Shown: positions 59,798 through 64,000 of the stretch, in pieces | Numbering within the stretch: the stretch's first letter is position 1 | How the letters are laid out: every line of letters starts with the position of its first letter | Source of the DNA: Myxococcales bacterium | Lineage (GTDB): Bacteria > Myxococcota_A > Polyangia > Polyangiales > DASUME01 | Reading direction: 5' to 3' | NCBI GenBank assembly: GCA_047601445.1 | Contig: JASGJH010000001.1 | Coordinates: 7,008,001-7,072,000 of the forward strand | DNA: 64,000 nucleotides | Program-made: the position numbers and the translations under genes | Notes under the pieces: model-generated | What the model saw: the letters and a program-made list of their open reading frames with translations, nothing else | What the model was told of the DNA's origin: nothing | Databases searched by the model: none

Positions 59798-60535
59798 TCA
59801 GACCCTGAGGGCCCCGGCCAACTCCCGCAGCAGCCGCTGGCCATTGCCGCGGTAGCTGCTGCCGTGCATCAGGGCCAGCGTCGTGGGGTTGGTGGTCGCG
59901 AGCTTCTCGAGGAGCGACTGGGTGTGGCTTCCGAGGACCACGGAGTCAGGCATGGCGCGCCGCATGGCCTCGGCCGGGGCCAGCACGTCCGCCTCGGTGA
60001 GCGCGGGCAGCTCGGCGCCCGCGTGGGTGAACAGGTCGCCGCACAGGAGCGTGCGCTCCGTGGTCTCGAACAGGTAGCCACACTCCCAGTTGTGGGGAAG
60101 GTGCGGCGCGTCGAGCCAGCGCACCTTGCGGCGTCCGAGCGAGAGTTCGGCGCCGTCGGCGAGCCCGAGTGCGGGACGGTCGGCCAGGTCGTTGACCGAC
60201 ACCATGGCGGCGATTTGACTGCAGACGGCTTCGGCGCGGGGCGCGGCACGCAGCCAGTCGTTGAGCGAGCCGCACTCGTCGGCCTCCACGTGGGAGAAGC
60301 CCACGTAGCGCAGCTTCTCCACGTCACCGAGCACATGCACCACCGCCTCGCGGACCAGTGGGAACATGCGGCGCGGGCCGGTGTGGAAGAGGAGGGGGGC
60401 GTCGTCGACCAGCAGGAACTGGTTGAACGTAAAGCCCCCGGGCATGACCGAGGGCGGCACCGGGGTGCTGATCCGGTAGAGATCGGGCGCGATTTCTTGA
60501 ACGTTGGTGCCTGTGTTCGGGTTCGTGATGGTCAT
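59798..60535 (-). CDS. MBL-fold di-iron protein (FprA N-terminal / ODP-like)
   Basis: FNQFL, LFHTG, FSHVEADECG, PHLPHNWE, LLCGDLF, MHGS. Confidence 0.85.
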   Translation of the reverse strand: MTITNPNTGTNVQEIAPDLYRISTPVPPSVMPGGFTFNQFLLVDDAPLLFHTGPRRMFPLVREAVVHVLGDVEKLRYVGFSHVEADECGSLNDWLRAAPRAEAVCSQIAAMVSVNDLADRPALGLADGAELSLGRRKVRWLDAPHLPHNWECGYLFETTERTLLCGDLFTHAGAELPALTEADVLAPAEAMRRAMPDSVVLGSHTQSLLEKLATTNPTTLALMHGSSYRGNGQRLLRELAGALRV

Positions 60536-60781
60536 GCGGTGGCTCTCCTCATCAGAGTCGTGCAGGGACCGAGCCGGTTGTTACAGCGCCTGGTCTCTTT
60601 TTCCCAGGACGAGGATCTTGCCGTGACGGCAAGCACCGGGTCGCTCCCAGCGGGGCACTTGTCCCGCGCGCACCCACGTGTGGCCACGGCGCCCGAGACC
60701 CAGCTGAACTAGCGAATTTGCGCTGCAAAAAGGGCTGATTGGGGCTGAACCTGCTCGCGGAGGTCCCGGTACGAACGGCCC

Positions 60782-62062
60782 ATGTCGTATTTCCGTACTC
60801 AAAATTCCCTCAGTCTTTGTCTCGCTTTCGCGCTCGTCGGAGCGTGTGCGACAAACGATTCAGGTGCGCCGAGTGAAGGTTCCTCCGACAACGGCGACGG
60901 ACAAGACCACCTGATCGATCCCGCGACGGGCGACGATGACTCCGATGCTTCGGACGACCCCGAGAGCTCCGGTGACGGCGACGCGCCGACCGATGAAGGC
61001 AGCAACGCGGACGCCGGCACGGATGTCGGCACCGCGCCCCGTGACGGCGGGACCAAGCCGCCCACCGGTGGCAGCACAACTACGCCCAAGCCCGACGCTG
61101 GGACGGGCACGACCGTGGCCGACACCATGTACGTGAAGGGCCGTCTGCTCTACACACCCTGCGGCGAAAAGATCGTGCTGCGCGGTGTGAACCATCCGAC
61201 GCTGTACATCGATCGCGCCGGCGCTGCGCTGCCCGAGATCGCCAAGACCAAGGCCAACGCCGTGCGTCTTTTCTGGTACGCGAACAACGGCGTATCGATC
61301 ACCGAGGCCGAAGGGGCCATCAAGAAGGCTATCGAGAACGGCATGGTGCCAATCCTCGAGATGCACGACGCCACCGGGCCCAGCTCGTGGGGCCAGCTCA
61401 GCTCCATCGTGTCCTACTGGACCAGCTCCGAGGCCGTGGCGCTGATCAAGAAGTACCAGCACCGCATGATCGTCAACATTGCCAATGAGGCGGGGCCCGA
61501 GGGCGGCCAGAACTACGACGACTTCGAGTCCAAGTACAAGGACGCCATCACCAAGATCCGCAACGCGGGCATCAAGGTGCCGCTGATGATCGACGGCAGC
61601 GGCTGGGGTCGCGACTCCGAGGTGCTGCTTCAGAAGGGCCCGAGCCTCGTGTCCCACGATCCGCAGCACAACATCCTGCTCTCCTGGCACTCGTACGACT
61701 CGATCAGCCGTCAGCAGATCGCGGCGGTGTACGATCGCGCCGTGAAGGCCGACCTGCCGCTGTTGGTGGGTGAGTTCGCGAACAAGTCGCCCAACGGCGG
61801 CTGCGGTCCCGTCATCGACTATCTCGGGATCATCGGCGAGGCCCAGACCCGTGACATTGGCTGGCTGGCCTGGTCGTGGGGCGACAACAACCCCGGCAGC
61901 GTGTGGAACACCGACTGCAACGAGTTCGACATGACCAGCACCTTCTCCTTCGACACTCTCCAGAGCTGGGGCAAGGAAGTGGCCGTGACCGATGCCAACA
62001 GCCTGACCAACAAGTCCGTGCGTCCGGCCTCGTTCGCCAAGACCACCGCGACCTGCAACTGA
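60782..62062 (+). CDS. Glycoside hydrolase family 5 lipoprotein (beta-mannanase/cellulase-like)
   Basis: VGA-C lipobox; RGVNH, ANAVR, HDATG, VNIANE (acid/base), H.Y, VGEF (nucleophile), WLAWSW. Confidence 0.9.
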   Translation: MSYFRTQNSLSLCLAFALVGACATNDSGAPSEGSSDNGDGQDHLIDPATGDDDSDASDDPESSGDGDAPTDEGSNADAGTDVGTAPRDGGTKPPTGGSTTTPKPDAGTGTTVADTMYVKGRLLYTPCGEKIVLRGVNHPTLYIDRAGAALPEIAKTKANAVRLFWYANNGVSITEAEGAIKKAIENGMVPILEMHDATGPSSWGQLSSIVSYWTSSEAVALIKKYQHRMIVNIANEAGPEGGQNYDDFESKYKDAITKIRNAGIKVPLMIDGSGWGRDSEVLLQKGPSLVSHDPQHNILLSWHSYDSISRQQIAAVYDRAVKADLPLLVGEFANKSPNGGCGPVIDYLGIIGEAQTRDIGWLAWSWGDNNPGSVWNTDCNEFDMTSTFSFDTLQSWGKEVAVTDANSLTNKSVRPASFAKTTATCN

Positions 62063-62083
62063 GCAACTGAGAAAGGCACGTTG

Positions 62084-62121
62084 AACGCGCGGGGGCTGAG
62101 TGCTCCCGCGCGTTTTCTTTT
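62084..62121 (+). terminator. Rho-independent terminator
   Basis: AACGCGCGGGGGC-TGAGT-GCTCCCGCGCGTT followed by TTCTTTT. Confidence 0.8.
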
Positions 62122-62157
62122 CCGTCGAGGTGATGGCGCCGCGTGGTGGGGTGGCGC

Positions 62158-63999
62158 TCAGGTGCTGGTGGCGTGCGCTGCGGGTGCTGAGTTGGGGAGC
62201 TCGTTCGTGAGTCCTAACCACTCGTGCGCCCAGCGCAGGACCTTGGCGTTGTAAGGGACGACCTCGAGGAAGCTGGCGCGTAGTTTGGGGTCATCGATGC
62301 GGCCCGCGCGATGGAGCACGAGCGCGTGAGCTTCGCGCAGCTTTTGCTCGGCGACTTGCGGTTCCTCGGCCGCGAAGAAGCACTCCGCTTGCACGAGGAG
62401 AAAGAGAATGGCGTACGCAGGAAAGGGAATGGCTAGAAGGAAGACCTCCAGCGCTTCCGCGTCCTTTCGCGCGGCATGGACTTGCCTGTTGGCTAGTTTG
62501 ATCTCCGCGGCCATCGCCAGAGTGTAAGCTTTGGCGGGGGGTGACACCGCCATCGCCGCCGCTTCGTCGCATAGAGCGAGCGCTCGCGTCTGGTCGCCCA
62601 TCTTCGAGTAGAGCATCGCGAGGTCCGAGGTGGTCCAGGCGTTGTTCTCCAGCATGTCAGCCTCGCGGAAAGCGGTGACGGCGTGAACGAGCAGCCGCTC
62701 GGCTCGCGCATAGTCGAGACCTTGCAGAGCGACGTAGCCTTGCTTTTCAAGGAAGAATTTGTGCTCCGCTGGGTTGCTCTCGGGATGCTGCATGGCTTGT
62801 TGAGCCCAGGATTCGACCGCAGCGTAGTCACCTATCTGCCTCGCCGCCTCTGCCAAATAGCAAAGGGAGGAAACCTCCTCGTGCGCGGCGCCAGCCCGCT
62901 GAGCCCAGGTGAGAGCAGTCTTGGTGTGGGCTATCGTCTGGGCGACGTCGCCGTGGGCGTCTGCAACGAAGGCTTGCAGCGTAACCAATGCATGCTGCGT
63001 GCGCGGTGAGTATTCCGGCTTCGGAGCTCCTACTGCCGCGGTGAGGCGCAGCGCTAGTTCAACTTGGAGGTCAATGAACGAGTTGTAGGCTACGAGGCCA
63101 AGCGCGATGAGCTGCTCGGCATCAGCTTCGCGGTGGCATGCCTCGGCTAGCATTTCCTCCGCGATGACTTCGGTGGTGCCGCGGTCTCCGTCACGCATTG
63201 CCTTGATAGCCATGACCTGACTCGCGCGCCACCAGCCGGGTGCGCCCGTCGGCAGCCCTTGATGCGCCAGCCGCGCCCAACTGGCCGATAGCTCGTGGCG
63301 GTCGCGCCAGGAGAGAGCCTCGGCCACCATCGAGCACAGTTCGAAGAAGCGCGAACCTTGTGCGCCGCAGGTTTTCGCGCTTTCTCCGAGCCTGATCACT
63401 TCGTCGACCGCATGGGCCTCGAAGGCTCGCATGGCTGCGGCCACGTAGGCTTCCGCAGCGCGTCGCAGCTCTCCGCCGAGTTCGTAGTGTTGGGCGAGCA
63501 GCGCGGACTCGGTGTCGCCGCGCGACGCCAGCCAATGGGCAGCGAGTCGATGGGCCAGGGTGCGCTCGGAATCGACGAGCAAGGCATAGGCGGCATCGCG
63601 AACGAGAGCGTGGCGAAACACGAAGCTCCGCACGTCCCCGCTGCCGCGCTCGAAGAGCAGCTCCTTGTCGACCAATACGGCCAGCCAGCCCTCGAGATCC
63701 AGCCGCCGAGCTTCGGTGCCTAGCAGGGATTCGAGCCCTGAAAAGCGGAACTCCTGCCCGAACACGCTGGCGATGCGCAGCACGAGCTTGGCATCCTCGC
63801 CGAGCGCGTCGAGGCGAGCCTGAATCGTGCCGAGGACCGTGTCCGGCAGTTCCTGCGAGCGACTGCCCGAGGAATCGCTGCGGATCAGCTCCTCGAGGAA
63901 GAAGGGATTGCCATCGGCGCGCTCGATCAGCCAGCGGCGGCGCTCGGTGTCGAGTTGGGTGGGTAACGCCAAGATCAGTTTCTCGCATGCCTTGGCTCC
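62158..63999 (-). CDS. C-terminal part of a STAND AAA-ATPase + TPR protein (typically kinase-fused); 5' end outside the window
   Basis: ADGNPFFLEELIR, LPDTV...IQARLD.L, ASVFG, F.FRHALVRDAAY, I.DP.LR.SFL..VP.N. Frame open to the window edge. Confidence 0.88.
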   Translation of the reverse strand, partial: GAKACEKLILALPTQLDTERRRWLIERADGNPFFLEELIRSDSSGSRSQELPDTVLGTIQARLDALGEDAKLVLRIASVFGQEFRFSGLESLLGTEARRLDLEGWLAVLVDKELLFERGSGDVRSFVFRHALVRDAAYALLVDSERTLAHRLAAHWLASRGDTESALLAQHYELGGELRRAAEAYVAAAMRAFEAHAVDEVIRLGESAKTCGAQGSRFFELCSMVAEALSWRDRHELSASWARLAHQGLPTGAPGWWRASQVMAIKAMRDGDRGTTEVIAEEMLAEACHREADAEQLIALGLVAYNSFIDLQVELALRLTAAVGAPKPEYSPRTQHALVTLQAFVADAHGDVAQTIAHTKTALTWAQRAGAAHEEVSSLCYLAEAARQIGDYAAVESWAQQAMQHPESNPAEHKFFLEKQGYVALQGLDYARAERLLVHAVTAFREADMLENNAWTTSDLAMLYSKMGDQTRALALCDEAAAMAVSPPAKAYTLAMAAEIKLANRQVHAARKDAEALEVFLLAIPFPAYAILFLLVQAECFFAAEEPQVAEQKLREAHALVLHRAGRIDDPKLRASFLEVVPYNAKVLRWAHEWLGLTNELPNSAPAAHATST

Positions 64000-64000
64000 C

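Overview
High-GC chromosomal window that looks myxobacterial (Myxococcota, probably Polyangia/Sandaracinaceae-like), judged from DUF4215 Cys-repeats, a MYXO-CTERM-like tail, Ser/Thr kinase-TPR/PEGA-lipoprotein cassettes and many lipoproteins with Asp-Ala-Gly linkers. It holds about 50 CDS. I found no rRNA, tRNA, CRISPR array or transposase. The main candidate for an undescribed system is a minus-strand cluster at about 27.6-12.0 kb. An SfnR-like sensor-less sigma54 activator (frameshifted here) lies upstream of a consensus -24/-12 promoter with three helically phased TGC-N10-(G/A)CA sites. The promoter precedes two paralogous Cys-rich lipoproteins, a TPR membrane protein, a divergent PstS-like binding protein, a 1245-aa tetraheme c-type cytochrome lipoprotein and a DUF1566 lipoprotein. 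A second sigma54 cassette follows, in which a degenerate metalloprotease-like domain occupies the usual kinase position. Other highlights: a plant CPI1-like cyclopropylsterol isomerase homolog, an SdpA/SdpB-like (DUF5819/HTTM) pair, a lamin-tail/beta-propeller lipoprotein-kinase operon with 11-bp phased upstream repeats, head-to-head chrA/chrB, TetR and ArsR operators, and two long REP/MITE-like inverted repeats. Two long ORFs in the supplied track (992 aa and 889 aa) are apparent fusions caused by net +1 frameshifts. All family calls are from motif recognition by eye, not database searches.
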